Shown here: positions 20,217 through 28,840 of the stretch, one piece after another
How the letters are laid out: each line of letters begins with the position of its first letter
How positions within the stretch are numbered: the stretch's first letter is position 1
Assembly (NCBI GenBank): GCA_964460315.1
Contig: CAYWPQ010000002.1
Span: 20,926 to 84,925, forward strand
Direction of reading: 5' to 3'
Source of the DNA: an uncultured Bordetella sp.
GTDB lineage: Bacteria > Pseudomonadota > Gammaproteobacteria > Burkholderiales > Burkholderiaceae_A
DNA: 64,000 nucleotides
Notes under the pieces: model-generated
The model's input: the letters and a program-made list of their open reading frames with translations, nothing else
Databases searched by the model: none
Told to the model about the DNA's origin: nothing
Translations under genes and position numbers: made by a program

Positions 20217-21080
20217 ATGAGTTCAAAAAGCCACGCACCTTATTACTTTGTGCCCGCGCCCAGTAAATGGCCGGTCATTGGATCACTCGCCATGATCTTC
20301 ACCCTGTTTGGGTCAGTCGGCGCGCTCAACGGCGATGCCTACGGCATGCCAGCCTTGTTGATTGGTTTTGCCATTCTGATCTACATGTTTTTTGGCTGGT
20401 TTGGTGCGGTGATTGCCGAATCCGAATCCGGTCAGTACAGCGCCCGAGTGGATGTGAGCTTTCGCTGGAGCATGGGCTGGTTTATTTTTTCAGAAGTCAT
20501 GTTTTTTGCGGCCTTCTTCGGCGCACTGTTCTATGCCCGCGTGCTGGCGATGCCTTGGCTTGCCGATCTTGATCACAAGGCCATCCTCTGGCCCGATTTT
20601 CAGGCCGTCTGGGGCAAGGGCACGGGTCCTGCCGGGCTCATCGAAGAGTACAAAACCATGGGCCCGTTCTGGATTCCCACCATCAATACCGCTCTGCTCT
20701 TGGCTTCGGGCGTGACGCTGACCATCGCCCACCATGCACTGCGCGACAACAACCGGGGCAAGCTCAACCTGTTCCTGGGTCTGACCATTCTGTTGGGTGC
20801 AATCTTTCTTGGATTCCAGGCCTATGAGTACATGTACGCCTACTCGGATCTCAACTTGAAGCTCACCTCAGGAATCTTTGGCTCAACCTTCTATTTGCTG
20901 ACAGGTTTTCACGGTTTTCACGTTTGCATCGGTGCCATCATGCTGGCCGTCATGCTCGGCCGCTGCCTGAAAGGCCATTTCACGCCCAACCAGCATTTCG
21001 CCTTTGAGGCCGCTGCCTGGTATTGGCACTTTGTTGACGTGGTCTGGCTTGGTCTTTATGTGGTGGTGTACTGGCTGTAA
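20217..21080 (+). CDS. coxC: Cytochrome c oxidase subunit III
   Basis: 7-TM, FYLLTGFHGFHVCIG, WYWHFVDVVW. Confidence 0.95.
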   Translation: MSSKSHAPYYFVPAPSKWPVIGSLAMIFTLFGSVGALNGDAYGMPALLIGFAILIYMFFGWFGAVIAESESGQYSARVDVSFRWSMGWFIFSEVMFFAAFFGALFYARVLAMPWLADLDHKAILWPDFQAVWGKGTGPAGLIEEYKTMGPFWIPTINTALLLASGVTLTIAHHALRDNNRGKLNLFLGLTILLGAIFLGFQAYEYMYAYSDLNLKLTSGIFGSTFYLLTGFHGFHVCIGAIMLAVMLGRCLKGHFTPNQHFAFEAAAWYWHFVDVVWLGLYVVVYWL

Positions 21081-21101
21081 GCCGTGTCGCCCAACATGCA
21101 A

Positions 21102-21129
21102 GGGCCGCATTGCGCGGCCTTTGTTTTTT
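21102..21129 (+). terminator. Rho-independent terminator after coxC
   Basis: 7-bp GC-rich stem (21102-21108 / 21114-21120), 5-nt loop, followed by TTGTTTTTT. Confidence 0.65.
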
Positions 21130-21139
21130 AAGCGTGCAT

Positions 21140-21343
21140 TCAGTAACGAATGCCTGTGGACTGAATCCAACCCAGCTGATGGGCGATGATCAGAAAGAGA
21201 AAAAGCGCCACGGAAAACCCGACGCGAAGGGCGAGTGCTTTCACAGTTTTGTCGCTCGTGCCTTTGTCTCGCATGAGGTAGAACAAAGCAGAGCCAAGAC
21301 TCACAAGGATCAGCACAAACGCAATGGCTACAACCAATTTCAT
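21140..21343 (-). CDS. Twin transmembrane helix small protein (DUF2909, HIG1-like)
   Basis: 67 aa with two TM helices flanking a short basic loop; typical cox-cluster companion on the opposite strand. Confidence 0.75.
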   Translation of the reverse strand: MKLVVAIAFVLILVSLGSALFYLMRDKGTSDKTVKALALRVGFSVALFLFLIIAHQLGWIQSTGIRY

Positions 21344-21357
21344 CGGAACCCCCTAAG

Positions 21358-22125
21358 GTGACCATAGTAAACAAAAGCTCTCGGTCGCGTGCATCATCGC
21401 TTCTTGCGGTGGGGGTGGCGCTAGCCTTGGCCTTGCTTGGTGTGGCCTTGGGGGTCTGGCAGCTTAACCGTGCGGAGGAGAAGCGACACCTGACGGAGCT
21501 GCGCGAGACTCGTACCAACTCCATGGCACTCGGCCTGAGTTCAACCGGCGCAATGCCTCAAGGCATGACCGCCATGGCCTGGAAAAACTCCCTTTCATCC
21601 AGCGACCTTGACCAGCAGCGGGTGTTCCTCCAGGGTGACTGGATCCACGACCGCAGCATTGCGCTTGATAACCGCGCATGGGACGGACGCCCCGGGGTGC
21701 ATGTGCTGACACCACTGCGGCTGCCTGATGACAGCCTTGTCTGGGTGAATCGCGGCTGGATGCCGAAAGCCCCTGGGGCAGGCCCTGCGCCCAAGATGCC
21801 GGCTGCAGCAAATCCCCAAGGACTCGAGGGTGTTGCACTGGCGTCGGTCATGCGCCGCGTGGAGCTTTCGTCAAGGGCGGAGCAGCTGCGCCAAGGCCAG
21901 CTCTGGCAGAACTTTGACTGGGACGCTGCCCAGCAATGGATACCCGGAAAGGTTTGGCCGGTAATTGTCTGGCAGACCAGCGACAATGGTGATGGTTTAC
22001 TGCGTCGCGTGCCCGAGGTGACGGATGATGTTCCCAAGCATCTCGGCTATGCCTTGCAGTGGTTTTTGCTCACCGCGCTGGCGCTCTTTTTTGCCTGGCG
22101 CTTAAGACCTCGATCCCTTGTTTAA
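21358..22125 (+). CDS. SURF1 family cytochrome oxidase biogenesis protein
   Basis: N- and C-terminal TM helices, LGVWQLNRAEEK, HLGYALQWF; GTG start, exact start uncertain. Confidence 0.85.
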   Translation: MTIVNKSSRSRASSLLAVGVALALALLGVALGVWQLNRAEEKRHLTELRETRTNSMALGLSSTGAMPQGMTAMAWKNSLSSSDLDQQRVFLQGDWIHDRSIALDNRAWDGRPGVHVLTPLRLPDDSLVWVNRGWMPKAPGAGPAPKMPAAANPQGLEGVALASVMRRVELSSRAEQLRQGQLWQNFDWDAAQQWIPGKVWPVIVWQTSDNGDGLLRRVPEVTDDVPKHLGYALQWFLLTALALFFAWRLRPRSLV

Positions 22126-22134
22126 GCCATCACC

Positions 22135-22797
22135 ATGAACGAGACCAAAAAGAAACGTAACCTCTGGCCCCTTTGGGGCGTGCTTGCGGTGACCATTGCC
22201 CCCGTGATTGCTTCCTACACCATGTATTACGGGGTGAAGCCAGAGGGGCGAACCAACTACGGCGACTTTGTCGAGCCTCAGGTCACGGTCACGGATGTTT
22301 CGGTCAGCTCGCTTGTCCTTCCAAAGGCCGAGAGCGCATTTGCAGTCAGGCGTGAACAGACCCAGGCTGGCCCATTGACTCGGCTTGGCGACTGGCAGGG
22401 GCGCTGGCTGATGGTGCGCATGGGGCCGGCCCAGTGCTCGGAAGCCTGCAAACAAGAACTCTGGCTGATGCGCCAGATTCGTTTGACGACAGGCCGCGAG
22501 CGTGAACGTGTTGAACGCATCTGGATACTCACGGATCAAGGAACCCCAGACCCTGCGCTTTTAGCCGAGCACGAGGGGCTCTGGGTGGTCCGGCTTGCAT
22601 CATCCAACAGGACTGACCCCTTAGTGAGCAATTGGCTTTCGGTGGCCGCACAGTCGGCCCAATCCAATCAGGGCGCAAGCAACATCTGGGTCATTGATCC
22701 ACTGGGAAATCTGATGATGAGATTCCCTGACAATCCAGATCCAAACGGTATGAAAAAAGACATGAACCGGTTGCTTAAAGCCTCGCGAATCGGTTGA
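22135..22797 (+). CDS. Membrane-anchored SCO/thioredoxin-fold-like protein with CxxxC
   Basis: One N-terminal TM helix. GRWLMVRMGPAQCSEACKQEL...RIWILTDQGTPDP...NIWVIDPLGNL parallels the SCO1/SenC pattern, but no His at the third ligand position. Confidence 0.5.
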   Translation: MNETKKKRNLWPLWGVLAVTIAPVIASYTMYYGVKPEGRTNYGDFVEPQVTVTDVSVSSLVLPKAESAFAVRREQTQAGPLTRLGDWQGRWLMVRMGPAQCSEACKQELWLMRQIRLTTGRERERVERIWILTDQGTPDPALLAEHEGLWVVRLASSNRTDPLVSNWLSVAAQSAQSNQGASNIWVIDPLGNLMMRFPDNPDPNGMKKDMNRLLKASRIG

Positions 22798-22806
22798 ATA
22801 GAGCCC

Positions 22807-23694
22807 ATGACTGAATTTAGCCTCACACCTTCATCCATTCTTAAGCAGTACCTCGCCCTGACGAAGCCTCGGGTGGTGATGCTCATCACCTTTTGTGCCG
22901 TGATCGGGATGTTTCTTGCCACGCAAGGCGGCGTGCCGATCGATATTTTTCTCAGCGCCACGATAGGCATCACGCTGATTGCTGGCGCGGCTGCGGCCGT
23001 GAACTGTCTGGTTGAGCAGCATATCGATGCCAAGATGGCCCGTACCGCGTGGCGGCCACTGCCATCGGGCACACTCACGGCGCAGCAGACTCTGGTGTTC
23101 TCCGGGGTGCTTGGGGGTATCGGAACTTTCCTTCTTTACTTTTTTGTCAACCCGCTCACCACCTGGCTCACACTGGCCACCTTCGTGGGCTATGCCATTA
23201 TTTACACGGTGATTCTGAAGCCGCTCACCCCTCAGAACATTGTGATTGGTGGCGCATCCGGCGCGATGCCGCCTGTGCTTGGATGGGCCGCGGTGACAGG
23301 ACAGGCGCCGATCGAAGCCTGGGTGTTGTTTCTGATTATTTTTGTCTGGACGCCGCCGCACTTCTGGGCCTTGGCCCTTTACCGAACTGACGACTATGCC
23401 CGCTCGGGCTTGCCCATGTTGCCGGTCACCCATGGGCCACAGTTCACCCGGCTGCACATCCTGCTCTACACCTTGCTTTTGGTTGCGACCACGATTCTGC
23501 CCACCTTGATTGGCATGAGCGGCCTTGTCTACCTTGCCTCGGCCTTGGTCTTAGGGGGCTATTTTTTGTGGCTGAGTTGGAAGCTCTATCAGGAATATTC
23601 CGAGCCACTCGCCAGGAAAACGTTCAAGTATTCGATTAACTACCTGGCGCTACTTTTCGCGGCGCTCTTGGTGGATCACTACCTCGTTGGCTAG
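22807..23694 (+). CDS. ctaB: Protoheme IX farnesyltransferase (heme O synthase)
   Basis: UbiA-family multi-TM prenyltransferase: [11 protein letters not shown]-rich loop [34 protein letters not shown]. Confidence 0.95.
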   Translation: MTEFSLTPSSILKQYLALTKPRVVMLITFCAVIGMFLATQGGVPIDIFLSATIGITLIAGAAAAVNCLVEQHIDAKMARTAWRPLPSGTLTAQQTLVFSGVLGGIGTFLLYFFVNPLTTWLTLATFVGYAIIYTVILKPLTPQNIVIGGASGAMPPVLGWAAVTGQAPIEAWVLFLIIFVWTPPHFWALALYRTDDYARSGLPMLPVTHGPQFTRLHILLYTLLLVATTILPTLIGMSGLVYLASALVLGGYFLWLSWKLYQEYSEPLARKTFKYSINYLALLFAALLVDHYLVG

Positions 23695-24464
23695 CGACGG
23701 TCACGCACGCAACGAAAACCGATATACCCCACTCTCGTGTCTTTTGGCTTGGTAGCGACATCCGATTCCTGTTGACGGCTTGCGTCATACCACCAGGAAC
23801 TGCCTCGAGTTATTCGCTCATCGCCTCGGCCGGTGTCTACCCATTCCCAGACATTGCCACCCATCTCGAAGAGGCCGTTCACGCCGGCGGGCGTTGACAT
23901 GACGGGCACGGCACCCACGCCCCGGTTCAAGACGCCAGCCGGTGCAGTGCCTTTGTAGTTCCCGCAGCCATTTAAACAGTGACTTGCTTTTGCGGACTCG
24001 CCATTGGGATAGGTGTAGCGCCTGCCTTTCACAAATCCAGGGGGTGGATGGTCGCGTTGCTCAAGGTAGGCAGCGCTGGTCCACTCTTTGTCGGTGGGCA
24101 GGCGTTTGCCAAAGAATTGACAAATGGACTGCGCTTCGTCGAACGTTAAGTGAACCGCGGGCTCATTGTCTTGGCCTGGCACGCCAAAGGGTGTTTTCCA
24201 GTTCCAGCCTTTTTTCTGGGTCCAGCCGTATTCATAGATGTAGCCGCCAGACTCACGTTCAGCACGGCTCACAAAGCCTGTGGCCTTCGCCATCGCCTTG
24301 GCCTGGCCGATGGTCATTTCATGAAGATCCCATTCCAGGTCATGGATTCGGGCGGTCGCCCCAATCGGGCTCGCAAAGGCCTGAGCGCTCATGGCCGTGG
24401 TGATGCCGACGGCACCGAGCAACAGAAAAAGAGGCGCTGCGAGATGGAGCCGCTGCAGACCCAT
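23691..24464 (-). CDS. Secreted FGE-sulfatase / SUMF1-fold domain protein
   Basis: Signal peptide, [33 protein letters not shown]; begins 4 nt after the rpoH stop. Confidence 0.8.
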   Translation of the reverse strand: MGLQRLHLAAPLFLLLGAVGITTAMSAQAFASPIGATARIHDLEWDLHEMTIGQAKAMAKATGFVSRAERESGGYIYEYGWTQKKGWNWKTPFGVPGQDNEPAVHLTFDEAQSICQFFGKRLPTDKEWTSAAYLEQRDHPPPGFVKGRRYTYPNGESAKASHCLNGCGNYKGTAPAGVLNRGVGAVPVMSTPAGVNGLFEMGGNVWEWVDTGRGDERITRGSSWWYDASRQQESDVATKPKDTRVGYIGFRCVRDRR

Positions 24465-24468
24465 GGAC

Positions 24469-25350
24469 TTAAGAAAGTGCGGCCCGCAGCTTCTTCATGG
24501 CCTGGCCTTCAATCTGCCGGACCCGTTCTGCGGAAACCCCGAAACGAGTGGCCAGTTCGTGCAGCGTCTCAGTCGACTCATCGTCTTCTTTGAGCCAGCG
24601 TGCCATGACGATCTCTCGGCTGCGGTCATCAAGGCTTTGTAATGCGCGAAGAAGGCTTTCGGATTGAATGGACTGGGACTGCTGAGTCTCGACCAGATGA
24701 GCGGGGTCGGCGTTGGGCGCTGCAAGATAGGCAATGGGCGCGAAGGACTCTTCCCCGTCATGGATCTGACCTTCAATGGCCACATCCCCACCGGACATTC
24801 GCTGGTCCATCTCCAGTACATCACTCGATGACACATCCAGCTTCTGGGCAATGACCTTGGCCTGGTCGTCACTGACCCCGTCCTCGACACCCAGCGACTG
24901 CTTGATCGACCGCAGATTGAAAAAGAGTTTGCGTTGGGCCTTGGTGGTGGCGACTTTAACCAGCTGCCAGTTGCGCAGAATGTATTCGTGAATCTCCGCC
25001 TTGATCCAGAGCATGGCAAACGAGACCAGACGAACGCCCCGGGTGGGGTCAAAGCGTTTGACCGCCTTCATGAGCCCAATGTTGCCCTCCTGAATCAGGT
25101 CGGCCTGGGGCAGTCCATAACCCTTGAACTGCCGCGACACGGAGACCACAAGTCTTAAGTGAGAGAGTACTAACTCACGGGCTGAATCAAGATCTTGAAG
25201 GGTTCGGAATCGCAGGGCAAGTTCTTCCTCACGCTCTTGACTGAGCATGGGGAACTGCTGAACGGCGCGAACATAGGCGTCCAGGTTGCCGCCGGGCGAC
25301 AAGGACATGGCCGCGAGCGCGGTATTTGAAGCGAAAGCTTGTGCAGTCAT
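24469..25350 (-). CDS. rpoH: RNA polymerase sigma-32 (heat-shock) factor
   Basis: QEGNIGLMKAVKRFDP, RpoH box TTKAQRKLFFNLR, region 4 HTH ELATRFGVSAERVRQIE; AGGAGG RBS. Confidence 0.95.
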   Translation of the reverse strand: MTAQAFASNTALAAMSLSPGGNLDAYVRAVQQFPMLSQEREEELALRFRTLQDLDSARELVLSHLRLVVSVSRQFKGYGLPQADLIQEGNIGLMKAVKRFDPTRGVRLVSFAMLWIKAEIHEYILRNWQLVKVATTKAQRKLFFNLRSIKQSLGVEDGVSDDQAKVIAQKLDVSSSDVLEMDQRMSGGDVAIEGQIHDGEESFAPIAYLAAPNADPAHLVETQQSQSIQSESLLRALQSLDDRSREIVMARWLKEDDESTETLHELATRFGVSAERVRQIEGQAMKKLRAALS

Positions 25351-25390
25351 GCAAAAACCTCCTATTGGGCAGAGTCAATCATTTGCCTGC

Positions 25391-25419
25391 TATAGACCCA
25401 TTTTAGCACTCACAGTTCC
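25391..25419 (-). promoter_or_regulatory. Candidate sigma-E (RpoE/AlgU-type ECF) promoter for rpoH
   Basis: Minus strand reads GGAACTG-N16-TCTATA with an internal TAAAAT. This closely resembles my recollection of E. coli rpoH P3 (GAACTT-N16-TCTGAT). It lies about 35-70 nt upstream of the rpoH ATG. Confidence 0.45.
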
Positions 25420-25430
25420 AGAGTGCTAAA
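25402..25430. repeat. Perfect 10-bp inverted repeat TTTAGCACTC-N9-GAGTGCTAAA
   Basis: Read directly from the sequence in the rpoH/decarboxylase divergent spacer; the arms bracket the -35 element of the sigma-E-type promoter. Confidence 0.8.
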
Positions 25431-25490
25431 CCCCGCAATTCGGAGTTTTTGCCCTACTATCGCGCTTCTATTTTGGGGAAAGGCTGCGCC

Positions 25491-27761
25491 ATGAAGTTCC
25501 GGTTTCCAGTGGTGATTATTGACGAGGATTTCCGCTCCGAGAACGTCTCGGGTTTGGGAATTCGCGCCCTGGCTGACGCACTCGAAAAGGAGGGTGTGGA
25601 GGTGCTGGGCGTAACCAGCTATGGGGATCTCTCTCAGTTCGCGCAGCAGCAAAGCCGGGCTTCGGCCTTTATTTTGTCGATTGATGACGAGGAATTTGGT
25701 TCGGGGTCGAAGGAGGACACCGATGCGGCCTTGAAAAATCTCCGTGCCTTTGTGGGCGAACTGCGCTTTCGCAATGCTGAGATTCCCATCTACATTTATG
25801 GCGAGACCCGAACCTCAAGGCATATCCCCAATGATGTCCTGCGCGAGCTTCACGGCTTCATTCACATGTTTGAAGACACGCCCGAGTTTGTCGCCAGGCA
25901 CATCCTGCGCGAGGTCAAGTCGTACATGGACTCGCTGGCGCCACCATTTTTTCGTGCGCTGCTCGATTACGCGCAAGACGGGTCGTATTCCTGGCACTGC
26001 CCCGGCCATTCGGGTGGCGTTGCCTTTTTAAAGTCGCCCGTGGGCCAGATGTTCCACCAGTTTTTTGGCGAGAACATGCTGCGCGCGGATGTCTGCAATG
26101 CGGTGGATGAGCTGGGTCAGCTGCTTGACCATACCGGCCCCGTGGCGGCCTCCGAGCGCAATGCGGCGCGAATTTTTAATGCGGACCATTGCTTTTTTGT
26201 CACCAATGGCACGTCAACCTCGAACAAGATTGTCTGGCATTCCTCAGTGGCGCCGGGCGACATCGTGGTGGTGGACCGCAACTGCCACAAGAGCGTGCTG
26301 CACTCGATCATCATGACGGGCGCCATTCCTGTGTTCCTGATGCCCACTCGTAACCATCTCGGCATCATCGGCCCCATTCCGCTCAGCGAATTCAAGCCTG
26401 AAGCCATTCAGAAGAAGATTGAAGCCAATCCCTTCGCGAAGCAGGCCCTAGCCTCTGGCCAAGCCAAGCCGCGCATTCTCACCATTACCCAGAGCACCTA
26501 TGACGGCGTGCTCTACAACGTGGAGATGATCAAAGACGTCCTGGGAAGCGCCATCGACACCCTGCATTTCGATGAGGCCTGGATTCCACATGCAGCCTTT
26601 CATGACTTCTATCGCGACATGCATGCGATTGGTAAAGACCGTCCTCGCCCGCAGGACCCTCTGGTCTTTTCAACTCAGTCGACCCACAAGGTTCTTGCTG
26701 GCTTGTCGCAGGCTTCGCAGATTCTTGTTCAGGAATCGCAGACCCGAACCCTGGATCGGGACATGTTCAACGAGGCTTATTTGATGCACACCTCCACGAG
26801 CCCGCAGTATTCAATCATTGCATCGCTGGATGTTTCGGCTGCGATGATGGAGCCCCCGGGGGGCACGGCCTTGGTGGAAGAGTCCATTGTTGAAGCCTTG
26901 GATTTCCGTCGCGCCATGCGCAAGGTGGAAGAGGAGTTTGGCGCCACCGACTGGTGGTTTAAGGTCTGGGGCCCGGAGGACGTGACCTCTGACACCCACG
27001 GCATGGCCAATCGGAATGATTGGGACCTGAAGCCCGACGACGACTGGCATGGTTTTGATGGCCTTGAGCCAGGCTTCAATATTCTCGACCCCATCAAGGC
27101 CACCGTGGTCACCCCCGGCCTGAACATCAAGGGCGAATTTGACGCCCGAGGCATTCCTGCATCGATCGTCACCAAGTACCTGTCGGAGCATGGCGTGATT
27201 GTCGAGAAGACCGGCCTCTATTCGTTTTTCATCATGTTCACCATCGGCATCACGAAGGGCCGCTGGAACACCCTTCTGACTGCGCTTCAGCAGTTCAAGG
27301 ACGATTACGACAAGAACCAGCCCATGTGGCGCGTTCTTCCTGAATTCTGCGCCAAGCATCCGCGCTACGAACGAGTTGGATTGGCGGATCTCTGCCAGCA
27401 GCTTCATGACATCTACAAGGCCAACAACATCGCGCGCCTGACCACCGAGATGTATCTCTCGAACATGGAACCGGCGATGAAGCCTGCGGATGCCTTTTCA
27501 TGCCTTGCTCACCGCAAGACCGAGCGTGTGCCCATTGATGAACTCGAGGGAAGAATCACCACGAGCCTTTTAACGCCCTATCCGCCCGGCATTCCCTTGC
27601 TGATTCCCGGAGAGCGTTTCAACAAAACCATCATCCAGTACCTGCAGTTTGCGCGGCACTTCAATGACCGGTTCCCAGGGTTTGAAGCGGACATCCATGG
27701 GCTGGTGCAGCAGCCCTCGGAAACGGGCGAGATGCAGTACTTCGTGGACTGCGTGGCCTAG
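25491..27761 (+). CDS. Orn/Lys/Arg decarboxylase (fold-type I, AdiA/CadA/SpeC family)
   Basis: 756 aa with N-terminal wing domain MKFRFPVVIIDEDF, PLP-Lys motif STHKVLAG and the C-terminal family domain; ATG 25491 chosen. Confidence 0.9.
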   Translation: MKFRFPVVIIDEDFRSENVSGLGIRALADALEKEGVEVLGVTSYGDLSQFAQQQSRASAFILSIDDEEFGSGSKEDTDAALKNLRAFVGELRFRNAEIPIYIYGETRTSRHIPNDVLRELHGFIHMFEDTPEFVARHILREVKSYMDSLAPPFFRALLDYAQDGSYSWHCPGHSGGVAFLKSPVGQMFHQFFGENMLRADVCNAVDELGQLLDHTGPVAASERNAARIFNADHCFFVTNGTSTSNKIVWHSSVAPGDIVVVDRNCHKSVLHSIIMTGAIPVFLMPTRNHLGIIGPIPLSEFKPEAIQKKIEANPFAKQALASGQAKPRILTITQSTYDGVLYNVEMIKDVLGSAIDTLHFDEAWIPHAAFHDFYRDMHAIGKDRPRPQDPLVFSTQSTHKVLAGLSQASQILVQESQTRTLDRDMFNEAYLMHTSTSPQYSIIASLDVSAAMMEPPGGTALVEESIVEALDFRRAMRKVEEEFGATDWWFKVWGPEDVTSDTHGMANRNDWDLKPDDDWHGFDGLEPGFNILDPIKATVVTPGLNIKGEFDARGIPASIVTKYLSEHGVIVEKTGLYSFFIMFTIGITKGRWNTLLTALQQFKDDYDKNQPMWRVLPEFCAKHPRYERVGLADLCQQLHDIYKANNIARLTTEMYLSNMEPAMKPADAFSCLAHRKTERVPIDELEGRITTSLLTPYPPGIPLLIPGERFNKTIIQYLQFARHFNDRFPGFEADIHGLVQQPSETGEMQYFVDCVA

Positions 27762-28750
27762 ATATCGCCGACAAGCGCCGAGGCGAAAGCCTTGGCATCA
27801 AAGGGCTGGAGGTCCTCAATGGCCTCGCCCACGCCGATGTAGTGCACGGGGATGGGCCGTGCCTGTGCGATAGCCAGAAGCACACCACCTTTGGCCGTGC
27901 CATCAAGCTTGGTCACCACCAGACCGGTCAGTCCCAGGGCGTCATCAAAGGCCTTCACTTGGGCAATCGCGTTTTGCCCTGTGCCTCCGTCAATGACCAG
28001 CCAGGTTTCATGGGGGGCATCGGGCATGGCCTTTCCCATCACACGCTTCACTTTTTTCAGTTCATCCATCAGGTGAAGCTGGGTGGGCAGTCTGCCGGCG
28101 GTGTCGATCAGCACCACATCGACGCCACGAGCCTTGCCTGCGCTGACCGCATCAAAAGCAACCGCTGCAGGGTCGCCCTGGCTTTGCGAGATCACATCCA
28201 CGCCGTTGCGTTCACCCCAGACCATGAGCTGCTCGCGAGCGGCTGCCCTGAAGGTGTCGCCGGCCGCAAGCAGAACACGCTTTCCCTGCTGCTTCCAGTT
28301 GTTGGCGAGCTTGCCAATCGAAGTTGTCTTGCCCGCACCATTCACACCCGCCACCATCACCACGGTGGTGGACGGCGATGACTGCGTGTCGATGGCCTTT
28401 GGCGTGAGAGGCATCAATGCCTTTTCAAGGCAATCGGCAACGGCCGACTGCAGTTCCTCAGGCGCACTGTCGTTGGTGAGTCGTCGGGCTTTGATCTCGG
28501 CCCGCACAGATTCCAGCAAGGCGGCTGTCGCCTGGGTGCCCACGTCGGCGGTGAGCAGGGCGGTTTCAACATCGTCGAACCAGGCGTCATCCAGGCGCCT
28601 TCCTGAAAAGAGCGCGCCAAGCTGGGCCCGAGTCTTGGTGAGGCCTTCTTTCAGGCGAGTGATCTTTAGCCGATCAAGGGCTCGGCCCAGCCCCAGGAAA
28701 CCAATCATTGATTTTGTGGTCTGCTTACGGGTTGAATACAAGTTCGTCAT
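27758..28750 (-). CDS. ftsY: Signal recognition particle receptor FtsY
   Basis: NG domain: [30 protein letters not shown]; start ATG 28750 (ATG 28708 possible). The ORF is open to 28861 but would overlap the divergent gene. Confidence 0.9.
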   Translation of the reverse strand: MTNLYSTRKQTTKSMIGFLGLGRALDRLKITRLKEGLTKTRAQLGALFSGRRLDDAWFDDVETALLTADVGTQATAALLESVRAEIKARRLTNDSAPEELQSAVADCLEKALMPLTPKAIDTQSSPSTTVVMVAGVNGAGKTTSIGKLANNWKQQGKRVLLAAGDTFRAAAREQLMVWGERNGVDVISQSQGDPAAVAFDAVSAGKARGVDVVLIDTAGRLPTQLHLMDELKKVKRVMGKAMPDAPHETWLVIDGGTGQNAIAQVKAFDDALGLTGLVVTKLDGTAKGGVLLAIAQARPIPVHYIGVGEAIEDLQPFDAKAFASALVGDI

Positions 28751-28840
28751 CTCGCAGGCGCGCTCGCGAATGTCTCGGGTGCGCTTTGGTCGGATGATCT
28801 CGTTTGATCTTATCCCGAAAAGGAAAGGCTGATTCTTCTC

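Noticed and set aside
21024-21038. TGGCAC-N5-TGAC, a sigma-54-like element; other TGGCAC hits occur near 14051, 29758 and 43147
   Set aside because: All hits lie inside coding regions and lack the TTGC -12 element. No plausible downstream target gene exists.
25472-25500. Second GGAACTT on the minus strand, inside the first codons of the decarboxylase gene, as a distal rpoH promoter
   Set aside because: The -10 partner after 16-17 nt is CCCAA/CCAAA rather than TCnnA, and the -35 lies within a coding sequence. This is too weak to call. It is mentioned only because a start here would place the 10-bp inverted repeat in the rpoH leader.
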